DNA of 47,327 nt from Nemertoderma westbladi (GCA_032718475.1 JAUCBJ010007424.1:1-47327); one strand, 5' to 3'; positions 1 to 10,805 are shown, counted from the first letter of the stretch. The notes: generated from the sequence alone by a model not told the origin. Program-made: numbers and translations.

Positions 1-163
1 TCGCGGGTGGTAACAGTTGTCGAGTAAGGCAGGCATCGCGAGGTTAGGCTACGCGTAGGTGATACGCAGCGATTGGCTGAAGGCAAGAATACTGTTGGTG
101 ACAGATGGTCATTAAACACCACAATTTAGCACCGGAATTTGGCATTTTTTAATTGCCTCCGAG

Positions 164-1015
164 ATGTGGCCCGTAGCCCAGGCTAGGGAGGACTATGCTG
201 GGGTCACCTCTTCCTCTACTACTTCTACCCTAACGGCAGATTACTATGTAGGTGTGTTGTCCACCCCCCAGGATAAATTAGGAGCACAAGGTATAAGGTC
301 AGTAAAAATGGTGGCTATAAAGAACTTCGCTACTACCCAAGCAGACCCTTATAATTGGGACGAGGATGAGAGCATCCAACATCTTAAGATACCTCGATTC
401 CAGACAGATTATCCTGGAGTGCAAATACTCATCGGCCAAAACGCGCATGAGGTGCTCGAGACATTGGAGAAACGGCCTGCTCAACCGCAGCCACTACAAA
501 CCTATGCGGTAAGAACTAGAGTAGGTTGGTACTTCACTGGCCCTTCCCGTAGAACTCTCAAAGAGAGATTACCTCAACAACAGGTATACCAAGTAAAGGA
601 ATGGGAAGTGGAGAGCAGTGATGTGGACGATCCAACTGAGGAAACAACATACTCCTCAGATAATGACGATATTAACTCCAATGTAGATCAATGGAGACAT
701 TGCCTTGGGACGATTAATCCAGCCGACATCGCTTCCAGAGGAGCAACTCCTCAAGAACTGATAGATACTCCAGGCTGGTTAGGTGGATCCGACTTCTTAA
801 GTAAAGAAGAAGAAGAATGGCCTCCTCATCTTACCCCGGTGAAGATTAGACAGGCCAAGGGAGCGGAGAAAGTAACACAACAACTCAATCGCCCAGCTAG
901 TCGTTTATGTTTACTGGAAAGAGACCGAAAACTGTCCGGAAACTATGGAAGGCAAGATACTCTTCCTACGACCACTTCCCTAATCCGACAAATATCTAGG
1001 GACTCCATAACGTAA
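164..1015 (+). pseudogene. Internally deleted BEL/Pao pol remnant (protease-adjacent segment fused to RNase H C-terminal segment; no RT or integrase)
   Basis: ORF contains ILIGQNAHEVL...YAVRTRVGWYFTGP (Pao post-protease motif) followed shortly by QWRHCLGTINPADIASRG...WLGGSDFL...EEWP (Pao RNase H end, consensus QWRHV..NPADIASRG...W..GP.FL....WP). The intervening RT is missing. Confidence 0.75.
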
Positions 1016-1033
1016 TAACATATGGAGTGGGCG

Positions 1034-1518
1034 TGTGACTATATCATTTTATATTTGTTTTTATTTTATATTTATGTATGTATTAGTATGTAATTTTATT
1101 ATAATCGTTTCCTTTAATTTTATTTTAGTAAAATGTTATTTTAGTGATTATTTAGTAGATTAGTGCAATATATTAGTGTTTATTACGTACGTAATTACTT
1201 ATAATATATTTAGTGCGACGGCGAGAAATAATTATTTTTTCTCTTTCCTTACTGTCCGTATCATATTATAAATACGTGACTACAGTAAGATGAAATGTCC
1301 GTACTTATTAAAGTACAATAAAGCCACTACTATATTCAAGTATTATTGTTAGGCAGAGTATTAGGAATGCAAAGTTCAGATCCTCGTGTCTCGGCTAAAC
1401 CAAGCTCTGGGTAGACCTTGGAAACGACTTGCCTCTTCACACTGACATTGCTTCGTGCGATATTGCTCTTCTACCTTATATTAAATAATACATATAGTAG
1501 CGTGATGTCCCTCTAACA
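1034..1518 (+). mobile_element. Probable 3' LTR (~485 bp) of the BEL/Pao remnant
   Basis: Purine-rich GGAGTGGGCG directly before TGTGAC at 1034; TATA-like TATAAATA near 1267; AATAAA at 1317; candidate end ...CTCTAACA at 1518 (TGT...ACA). No second copy in the window to confirm the boundaries. Confidence 0.55.
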
Positions 1519-1564
1519 GTAGCGTAAAACGCAAATAAATCTGTTAAACCTTTTGACCATCTGT

Positions 1565-1845
1565 AATTCTAGTTGATTAAGATATCGCGGCACCCACCGA
1601 TATACTTGAAAGACAAATTCTAGAATCAATGGTTAACGTCTCCAGACAAGTTCTGAAATAAATCGGTGCCCATCTTAAATATTAATTTAATATTTATTAA
1701 AATCTGTAAAATTAAGATCCTTTAAAATTTCTAGTCAATTAAGATATCGCAGCACTTACCGATACTCTTAAAAGACAATTTTATAGAATTAAGGATCCTC
1801 AGTCCCCGGACATGCTCTGGAATAAAAATTGTGTCAATTTTAACA
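1565..1845. repeat. Degenerate two-unit tandem repeat (~160-bp unit)
   Basis: TTCTAGTTGATTAAGATATCGCGGCACCCACCGATA (~1567) recurs as TTCTAGTCAATTAAGATATCGCAGCACTTACCGATA (~1729), with similarity continuing downstream. Confidence 0.6.
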
Positions 1846-2645
1846 TCAAATAATAAAATTCACGGGAATAAATTTAAATTCATATTTTAAATGAATTTCA
1901 CAAATTGTCATTTTGTGCAATTTATAACATTCCCAAAATTCCATTAATTAATAGATCATGGGAGCGGAGATTCATCCTATTGAGTGTATTAGAGTGCGAG
2001 AATCCCCAACATATAGTCAATAGCCGATAAAATTAATAAAATCATGCATAAAGAGGATATTGACAATTAAAGAATTATTATTAAATAGCATCCCAGATCT
2101 GTATGCATGAGAATTACCCTAATTCTACCGCTAGCATTCCATAATGTCACCATAGCAACACCCACGCTAGAATTAGAAGCAAGTTAAAAGAACAATAGAA
2201 AGCTTGTCCCATTGCCTAGCATAGAGAATACATAGCACACTGTTAGTATCCAAAGATACACAGTAATAACGTGACATTCTGGAAGGCACTGACTAACGGA
2301 CAAATGGCCTGTATGTGTACAATTGGTGACAGTTGTGTGGAATTTGTGCATTTATAGGTGAATGTTACTGCTAAAGTATGTTTACAATAGCTAGTCGCAA
2401 TTGTGAAAGTAGCCCAACTCTCCTATAGAAAGAACCTAAAGTGGATTCAAGCCTTTGGGACGGACAGTGGAGTGACTTGTGCCGGTTATCGTTGTCTTGC
2501 TGTTGCTACATGTTTGCGTAAACACCGCGACGACGGTACATCGGCGCTGAGAATCCCACTGTCCGGGGGCGAAGAGAGGTAGGCAGCGACGCCCGCTCGC
2601 CTAAACATAAACTCATTACAATATTAATAAACTCAGATAGCAGAT

Positions 2646-4093
2646 ATGACGGAGTTGATAGAAGATGATCTTGGTATCAGGGAGCGATATACTCTACCTT
2701 TACAAGCATTTGTGGATAGCTTGATATGCGGTGAAGCCGATCCAACCATTACGGAGGACGATGGTCGTTATATCGAACCGCCGATGTCCCAAGAGCAACT
2801 TACGCGTGAATTGGACTATCGAAAATTCACCGCTCGCTATACGCATCGTAATGGTACGTATATGGACTTCCTAACTACCGGCCATCCTATCGATTTACAT
2901 GATACGGACGATGTAGACACCGAAAGGGAAATGGTTCTATTTAAATATCATACCCAGCGGAGTCGTAACGATAAACCGAGAATAGATCACGAAAATTATA
3001 TTCGTAACAGACTGAGAAGACGAACCAATATGCCTAGAATCTGAGGAGATTCAGCCTATCGTGCCCGGAACAACGACAACGATTACCTCCTAGAATGGTA
3101 TCAAGGTCCACAGTGTCTCACTGCGTACGATTATCGCCATGCCAACTATGTTTCTCGGCAACGTTGTCGGTTATGCGCATCGAGAGACCATGTTACGCCC
3201 ATGGACACAAACATCCGCTGTTTCTATTTCCACGAACAACCGGCGATGGAAATTTATTGCGCGTATTGCAGACTCAATAACTTGCACATTTTTGCGGTTT
3301 GCCCTCAATTTATGACTCAATGTCACCGTTGTCGGCTAAAGGGACACGCCAGTTTCGATTGCCCTTTTAATCACGATTTAGAAAGCGTAGATGAAATGAT
3401 CACACTACGTTACATCAGAGCTTGGGAAGCGAACGCTGATTTACATTGTGATTCGCGCCATCGCTATTATCCTGGACGCGCTTACGAAGGAGTTTATGCG
3501 TTCCATCCTTATCTATTCGCTTCTGTCGAACAGAAATCACGCATATCGAGTTACGAACTACTGAAGCGCGTCGGAGAATGTATTTCAACCAAGTTCGTAC
3601 GCAAATTTCTCAGGAGTGTTAATCCTAGCGACCTTCATTCCTATAGCTTAATCAATTATATCCGTCAGGACCCGGACTATGGAGACTTATTTGTTAACTC
3701 ACACCCCGAGTTACAGGAAGTATATCGACGGCCTTATGAATACCGAGCCTGCGAACGCGAGTTGGAAAGAACCATTAAACCCGGAGGTTTCTAACTGCCT
3801 ATGGTCCACCCACGGCTCTCGTTCAGACCACTCGTAAAGGACCCGTAAGAGCGGCTGTCTTAAAACGAGCTCTCAAAGCCGTTAGACCCCTCTCCCCCGA
3901 CGTTGATGTCAATCAACCCGGTACTTCGACTGGCGGATACACCGACCATAATCCTACACCCTCTGATGCAATTATATTGCACCCTTCACCCAGGAGTTAT
4001 AGCCCTCCTTGTAAAGTGGCCCGCCCCAAAGAGAAAAAGACTCTGGCTAGCTTTAAAAAACTGCGTAAACGCCGTCCGCGTAAGAAAGACTAA
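2646..4093 (+). pseudogene. Decayed ~482-aa accessory ORF with three CCHC-type zinc fingers and a basic C-terminal tail, upstream of a 3' LTR
   Basis: ORFs 2646-3044 and 3201-3794 share a frame and are separated only by one TGA (3042-3044). The joined protein has CRLCASRDH-x9-C, CAYCRLNNLHIFAVC and CHRCRLKGHASFDC. A -1 shift at 3779-3791 continues it to ...FKKLRKRRPRKKD* (TAA 4091-4093). Confidence 0.7.
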
Positions 4094-4171
4094 TTGTTTA
4101 GAGTATTTACGTATATTAGAAACTGTGATTTTGTATATTTTATAGACTCAAATCCCATTTTCTGGGAGCGG

Positions 4172-5449
4172 TGTAAAAGCTTCTGTGGGATATAACTGGC
4201 CCTTTTGCTTTGCAATCCAGTTTCCCCCCAGGCGCTGGAATACTCTAAAAAGCTTTCTAACTATATATATATCCCCCTCGCCCGCAAGGTACCGTTATAG
4301 GTGTTTTAACGGACATAAACGTCATTCTTCTATATGTGTGCTTTGGCGGACATGGTAAGGCAAAAAACCCGCAATGCGTAAAATACCCTGGCACAGCTTA
4401 GCCTTGATGATTCAGATTACGACATCTAACAGCTGGTTGCTGACATGGAAACGGCCATTGGACACATGGTTCTTTGTTTAGCTTAACAGCCAATCAGAGC
4501 GATTTTTTCTGTCGATGTGGAGATATTTGGCCGATCATGCTAGGAGTGTTCAGTCTTACTGGTTTTTCTTGTTACTGTTGTGTTGTTTCTATCTAGGCCA
4601 AGAACACCGGCTCTAGAGTCAACTCGTTTTCATACTTTAGAAGAAACATTAGTAGGCTTAAATTATAGAGCGTATAACTGTTATCATAACATAACAATCA
4701 GTGCATAACAATCGGTGCAACTCCGTTCAGTCTTGCATTATCGGTTCAACATACATTGTTGTGCTGCTGTTTGCTGTTGTCATATTTTGTATCAGTTGGT
4801 TGAATATTATTTGGAGAACATCTATAAAGAACCCAAATTTCCCAATTTTCTTGATACACTACAGGTTAGAGAGACAGGCTATATATAACAATTGCGACTT
4901 ATGTTATCGTGGTTTGTAGTGAACCTAATGCTATTTGATAGACACTACATAGGTCAATTGCTGTTCTCTTTATGTGTGATCAAATTCATTGACGGTCGGC
5001 AGATTAGTGTGCAGTATTGTGCGATACCGGTAGTGTGCATGATTGTGACTGATAACAAAGCATTTCCTAAAGAATGCGCCTTATACGTGAATCATAAGCC
5101 TTACCGTTGCGTGTAGTATAAGTCATAGCTCTGTTTACTTAGGTAGAGCGCCACGTCCTAAAGGAACTGTTAATATTTCCCGAAAGTGAATAATATTTGT
5201 CAGAAATTACTTATTAACGATCAATCGAATAATACAGTAGGCTTCACTGCAATAATAAAATTTAAGCCACATCCGAACCCAGTCTCCCGGGAATATCCAG
5301 CGGGTGAATGGACGCGCACTAGGCTGGCTTCGGCTAATGTTGTGTTTATTGGTATTAAATATTTGTCAATTTCTAAAGTCTATTTATAAACCAAAAGACA
5401 TATAAATTTTGGCAGGTTAAACTGCTAAAGGTCTTCAAAAGCGCGTACA
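4172..5449 (+). mobile_element. 3' LTR (1278 bp) of a 5'-truncated LTR retrotransposon, related to the LTR at 40616-41838
   Basis: Starts TGTAAAAGC after purine-rich GGGAGCGG (PPT-like) and ends GCGCGTACA. Shares the start 9-mer, AGCCAATCAGAGCG box, long conserved blocks and the end point with 40616-41838. Confidence 0.85.
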
Positions 5450-6290
5450 GCTTATCTGCCAAGGCAGTCAGCTCACCTTGTCGCATTGGGGACCCGAGTG
5501 TTAGGGTGTTTACTGAGGCTAGTCTAGTGACTTGCCTCAGATTCACCAATGGCTTTGTTGGTCGGGGTGGAACATGAGAGTAGCCTCCAACTCCAGAATC
5601 CCTCTCCCCATCACAATCTGGCCTCCCTGGTGACCCAGGGTTTGGGCCAGAAAGGTCATCAGGAAAGGGACTCAAAGAATTGTTGGCTGCTCTCTCTCCA
5701 GTAGGGGGTGAGACAGGCAGCCGGTCAGGAGTTAACTGACGCCTGTGAGGCCGATTGTGTCCGGTAATTCCACTGGCCTCTAGTGGCCGGACCTCCGCAT
5801 TGCTAATGTAATCCATAGTGGGGGTTGGGGGGTGCTTTTTTGCCGAGTCAGCTCTCGGGGCAAATACCACACCCTGGTTTGCCATTCCACAGGGTGGGTG
5901 TCGCAATGGAGTCAGATATGAGGCCCATCACCCATATCTACTCTGGCGTACATGACCCACCATTGGCTGTTGCAGCTCATCTGCTGGGTCATGCCCTGTA
6001 CCCTTGCTGCCAGGTGCAGGTCGCAGTGAAGTGCCCTCAGAGTGGACATGAGAACACTCTACTCCTAACCAGCCATTGGTAGATCACCATCTGCCTGGTC
6101 AGGCCATATACCCCTGCAGCCAAGTATATGGGTCCTTAATCCAGGACCAAGGGCGTCCTTATCCCAGAACGAAGGGGGTCCTAGATACAGGACCAGATTT
6201 GCCCTAGTAAGAGGGTCTATGCAGCTACAGGTGGCACCTCCTTTATGCTGCATGGAGGTGGCAAGTTTTCTTGATCAATGACCTAGAATA
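5450..6290 (-). pseudogene. Old CpG-depleted retroelement gag/protease-like fragment (possibly Ty3/Gypsy)
   Basis: Minus strand near 6056-6008 gives a frameshifted, stop-containing CX2CX4HX4C-like knuckle (C-F-S-C-P-L-*-G-H-F-T-A-T-C after adding 1 nt). The reading ends at LTALAD at the LTR junction, resembling the start of an aspartic-protease motif. Confidence 0.35.
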
Positions 6291-6396
6291 CCTGACCTGA
6301 CCTTAAAGATACGGCAGCGAATTTTAGAGATGAATATACATTTTTCCAGGTGAATAATTACTATAATTATAGTCTGTTCGAGAACGGAATACACAG

Positions 6397-6534
6397 AGAA
6401 TATCACCTGTTCTAAGAGTGATATACGATATATCAACCTGAAGCAAATAAACTTTAAAGTATATTAACGTTAAATAAAGTTTATTTGCTGAAGGTTGATA
6501 TATCGTATATCACTCCTAGAACAGGTGATATTCT
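6397..6534. repeat. Near-perfect palindrome, 60-bp arms with an 18-nt spacer
   Basis: 6397-6456 is the reverse complement of 6475-6534 with 3 mismatches by eye. A shorter related hairpin (CCTGAAGCAAATA...TATTTGCTGGAGG) lies at ~7086-7144. Confidence 0.9.
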
Positions 6535-7389
6535 GTTTATCACATGTGTTCGAACTTATTGAACACGAAGAGGGCCATAGCGAACCCCACTCCACAATTT
6601 AGTATTTTCTTCTCCAATTTTTTTATTATAGCTTGTACTTGTTGCTTTTTGTGTAGAAATCGTTCTAGAATATGCTAGCTATTTATTTTGAAAAAATGAA
6701 CCCTCAGTTACAAATATTTGTTATTCCAGAACATATTTTGGAAAAATATCTTGATTATATTTTAAACACAGGGGAACGATTAATTATACACCACCTAAAG
6801 CCGCGTTCACACTAAAAGAGTCAAAGTCAAAAAAAAATAAATGTATGATTTTTTAATATCGAACATTGTGTAGGGCCTACACAAAATATTAAAAATATCA
6901 AAATCTAGCTAGTATACTATATCATTTTTGTAATTAAAAGAAGCAATTAATTAGTAATATTTACAAGTTTCAACTAATTTTTCAATATAGCTAACTGTAT
7001 ATCACACGGTGTGATATTGATATACAATATATCAACCGCTAAAAATAAGTGAGAACGTGTGATAAACCTGTAAACGGATATAATACCTGAAGCAAATAAT
7101 ACCGAAGTACAGTATGTAGTTATACATGATTTATTTGCTGGAGGCCGTTACTGCTCACAAAAGCAAAAACAAAAAGTTGCAGCTGTACCGGTATGTACGA
7201 CTAGAGGAGAGGACAGGAGGATCACTGCATTACCAGATTACAGCATTAGAGTAGGCTACTGAACGAAACCATAACTACAGAACTACTGCACTGCAGCACT
7301 GACCGAACTGTACTGAACTACTGGTACCAAACAGCCAGGCCAGACTACTTCTGTACTTGACTACAATCAGACAATGTAGCAATGGCAGA

Positions 7390-9414
7390 ATGGACCGGGA
7401 GCAAGTAGAGCGAGAGTTCGAATGTTCCGTATGTCTACGACTTTTACATCAGCCTCGAGTTTTGATCAACTGCTCCCACTGTTTCTGTTACAAATGTGTA
7501 ATAAAATTTTCTAAACAACGCGGTGATGGATTTTCGTTGGAATGTCCACGTTGTCGGAATTCCACCGAGGTTGAGAAACTGGATTCTTTGCCGACAGTAA
7601 ATCATGTCGTCACTTCTATGATTGATATGATTCGAAAAGAAAAAACATGCGACGAGTGCGGAAAAAACAAAGGAACTAATCCCTGCGAACGTTGCGAGAC
7701 CGAATTGTGCAGAAAGTGCGAACCTTACCACGTCTGTGTCGCCAATCCACCTAATTCGGGAGCAGCTGGAGAACCGACGGGATGCTGGTCTAATGACGTA
7801 GATCTCCATAAACAAGGAGCTGTTGGTGGATCTAAAGAACCGGATCCCGATCTGTGCCTAATCCACGGTCTAAACAAACGCCATTATTGCGAGAAATGCG
7901 AATGTGTTGTTTGTCGCCAATGTCATTCCGTTGACGATGTTTCTAAAGATCACGAGGTCGGATATACGAACGAAGTCTGTAATTCAATCAGACGAAACTT
8001 AGTAGAAGGTCCGGGAAAGTTGAGAACACGATTGGAGACTAAACTAACAGTGTTGGAGGGAATTCTGGGGGATTTAGATGACGTCACTAAAGTTTCCACC
8101 GACGACATCCGCAAACACTTACAATATTTATACAACGAATTAAAATCAGCCGAAGATACAATGATAAAGCAGGTCCGGGATTTAAATACCAAAATGGCGG
8201 GAAAAATATCAGCAGCGCAGGAAATTCTCGCTAATATCGAAATTCCTGAAGAAAACGAATATTATAAGAAGATAAAGAATTCCGAGTTGATCAAAGAAAT
8301 AGCGGAAGCCAAGAAGATCCTAAAGAAATATAAAGAAATCGAGCAGCGGATTTCTGAGATCGAAGTTGTAGAGGTACCGGAAATTCGTTTCGTTCCGGTC
8401 GAGTTACAGAAGGACCTGGAAGGGATTACCGGCCGCGTTGATATTTTAGATAGCGGCGATGGAGGAGAGAAGATGGCGGTTCCAGTAGAAGAACTGGAGG
8501 TTGAGAAACGTTTTGACCTCCACCAATACGAAGATATTTTATTAAGAGATCCGCCGCTAAAGGAAACATGTCGGATCGACTGCCGGAGAATGGGAATCGG
8601 TAAAGTCGGTACCATTGGTGGTGGCGATAGGAACCTGGGGATAACCGATTCCCTAACTAACAGGATTTATATTTACGAATTCAACGACGACGAGTATTTA
8701 TCTCTACGTGGTGAACCTATTATTCTTGAATCCGACTGCAACGCCGAAAAGAAACAGATTAAGTTTCTAGATAATTACTACGAGGAAATCTGGATCGCCG
8801 CAACGGAAGAATGTGTATTTGTAATAAACCCAGACGGAGGTGATGTCAAACATTTGTGTCTTGGTAAAGAGAGATACCGGGGTCAACCAATAGGCCCAAT
8901 GGTCGGTATCCATGGTGATTATGTGCTAATGTCAAACAACTGCGTGATTAAACTGGACCTGCGCGATTGTTCTAAGGAATGGATATCCCGTATCGAAGAA
9001 CCCGGGAAACTCCTTACCATCGGTTTTTTTATATATATGGCCGATTTAATCGTCGGATTATTCCAACCTAACAAACATAAGTTATCCATATGTTTCTATA
9101 AGGTTACCGGCACCGGACCCAACGTTACTCTCGTATTGGATAGAAGGCTATTCGTTCTAGATTGCGGTAAATCCATCCCTATTGGGGTGGTGGAACTACT
9201 GCAGAATCCGTCATTGTATTTCTTGGTTCCTCTAGAAGAAGAAGGGAATCATTATCTGGGGGTTTATAAAGACGATACAAACGTAACTAAAGTATCCCGA
9301 TTGGGTGCCGTGCCGGTATACGGGTTCGGTGGGATGGCTATTGTGAATAATAATAGTGGATTCTTTCTGTACGAAACTCTTAGTAACAGTTTACTTTATA
9401 TTAAATATAACTAA
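7390..9414 (+). CDS. Intronless TRIM-family protein (RING, B-box1, B-box2, coiled coil, divergent beta-rich C-terminus), putative E3 ubiquitin ligase
   Basis: C3HC4 RING CSVC...CSHCFCYKC...CPRC; B-box1 CDEC...CERCETELCRKCEPYH; B-box2 CLIH...YCEKCECVVCRQC...H; long coiled coil. First ATG is 7390 (the track starts at TTG 7357); 674 aa uninterrupted. Confidence 0.9.
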   Translation: MDREQVEREFECSVCLRLLHQPRVLINCSHCFCYKCVIKFSKQRGDGFSLECPRCRNSTEVEKLDSLPTVNHVVTSMIDMIRKEKTCDECGKNKGTNPCERCETELCRKCEPYHVCVANPPNSGAAGEPTGCWSNDVDLHKQGAVGGSKEPDPDLCLIHGLNKRHYCEKCECVVCRQCHSVDDVSKDHEVGYTNEVCNSIRRNLVEGPGKLRTRLETKLTVLEGILGDLDDVTKVSTDDIRKHLQYLYNELKSAEDTMIKQVRDLNTKMAGKISAAQEILANIEIPEENEYYKKIKNSELIKEIAEAKKILKKYKEIEQRISEIEVVEVPEIRFVPVELQKDLEGITGRVDILDSGDGGEKMAVPVEELEVEKRFDLHQYEDILLRDPPLKETCRIDCRRMGIGKVGTIGGGDRNLGITDSLTNRIYIYEFNDDEYLSLRGEPIILESDCNAEKKQIKFLDNYYEEIWIAATEECVFVINPDGGDVKHLCLGKERYRGQPIGPMVGIHGDYVLMSNNCVIKLDLRDCSKEWISRIEEPGKLLTIGFFIYMADLIVGLFQPNKHKLSICFYKVTGTGPNVTLVLDRRLFVLDCGKSIPIGVVELLQNPSLYFLVPLEEEGNHYLGVYKDDTNVTKVSRLGAVPVYGFGGMAIVNNNSGFFLYETLSNSLLYIKYN

Positions 9415-9620
9415 ATCAGCTACACCTATCGATAAATTGAGTTTTAACTCGCTAACTATATATAACTGTTTACTTAACTCTTTCTTTCATTTAATACAGG
9501 CTCCAGTCTATGTCCCCGTATTTTATATATGACTGAGCTACCCCACATAGATATTTAGTAAAGATATGAGAAATTATAAAAAATTTTCACCAAACGGTTC
9601 CACTGTTTTTTTAGAGGGTC

Positions 9621-10280
9621 TTAACCCTATTACCACTGGGGTGTTTTGACCATTAGCACCACTACTGGGGGGGGGGGGGGGGGGGGGCGATTCGGCCCAC
9701 CCACTATATTTTTGTAATCGTCCAATGAAATCATACAAAATTTGGGCTGTTGGTAAAACAACTATAGCTGAACACTACCAAACCTTAAAAAGTTAAAATT
9801 TCATAAGCAGTGACTCATAATTTTGATGAAAATAAAAGTAGTCTCAGGACAAAATTACAAAATTTTTCGTTTTCTAAAAACTAATAGTGTGGCAGTGTTG
9901 GCTTGATTTAGTAGGTTTTTCAAGACGCTGAATCGAATGTGATTATATTCCATTTCCAAAAATTGAAGTGGATGCTATTTTTCGTGCACCTAAGAAGTGG
10001 CACTTCAAACTTTGAAAAATTAGATATTCAGAAAATGCCCCTAATTTTTTTATTTCAACGCATTTTTTATAGGTTTTCTGGGCCGCTGAATCGATTGAAA
10101 GTAATATAGAAGCCTGAAGACTTAGAGGTTAGCCATTTTTTGAAATCAAAACTTTAGTGTTTTTTCCGAATAAAGTAATTTTGAAAATTTGAAGTGCCAC
10201 GCCCTAATTTTGGTGCACCGAAAATTACGTACACTCGTCGGTAAACCGACTTTCGAGGCGCCAAACAACAATTATTTTTC
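9621..10280 (+). mobile_element. Probable left end of a TTAA-type non-autonomous DNA transposon
   Basis: Begins TTAA|CCCTATTACCACTGGGG, followed by a poly-G tract and internal short inverted motifs (GTGGCACTTCAAA / TTTGAAGTGCCAC). No matching right end found. Confidence 0.4.
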
Positions 10281-10285
10281 TATAA

Positions 10286-10805
10286 GCTCCCCACCCATCC
10301 ACTGCTCCCCACCCATCCACTGCTTCCTACCCATAAATTGCTCCCCGCCCATCCATTGATCCCCACCCATCCATTGCTCTCCACCCATCCATTGCTCCCC
10401 ACACATCCATTGCTCCCCACCCATCCACTGCTCTCCACCCATCCATTGCTACCCACCCATCCATTGCTCCCCACCCATCCATTGCTCCCCACCCATCCAT
10501 TGCTCCACACCCATCCATTGCTCACCACTCATCCATCCCTCCCACCCATCCATTGCTCCCCACCCATCTATTGCTTCCCACCCACCCATTGCTCCCCACC
10601 CATCCATTGCTCCCCACCCATCCATTTCTCCCCACCCATCCATTGCTCCCCACCCATCCATTGCTCCCCACCCATCCATTAATTGCTCCCCACCCATCCA
10701 TTGCCCCCCAACCATCCATTGATCCCCATCCATCCATTGCTTCCCACCCATCCGTTGCTCCCCACCCATCCATTGCTCCCCACCCATCCATTGCTCCCCA
10801 ACCAT
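10286..10805. repeat. 18-bp minisatellite (TTGCTCCCCACCCATCCA)n, left block
   Basis: Direct tandem units visible; source of the spurious LLPTHP/GSNGWV ORFs. Confidence 0.97.

Noticed and set aside
2310-2345. TACA-AT-TGGTGACAGTTGTG, resembling an LTR end plus PBS, and able to pair with 4673-4684
   Set aside because: Pairing needs four G-U pairs, the upstream sequence does not align convincingly to the LTR, and it could equally be a decayed tRNA-Leu-type PBS or chance.
4892-5116. Small ORF apparently conserved between the two LTRs (also 41312-41506)
   Set aside because: Substitutions are spread about evenly over the three codon positions and many are non-synonymous; conservation is better explained by RNA structure.
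5400-5430. TGGCAGGTTAAACTG as a tRNA PBS
   Set aside because: It lies inside the LTR homology and forms a conserved hairpin arm; it does not resemble a tRNA 3'-end complement.
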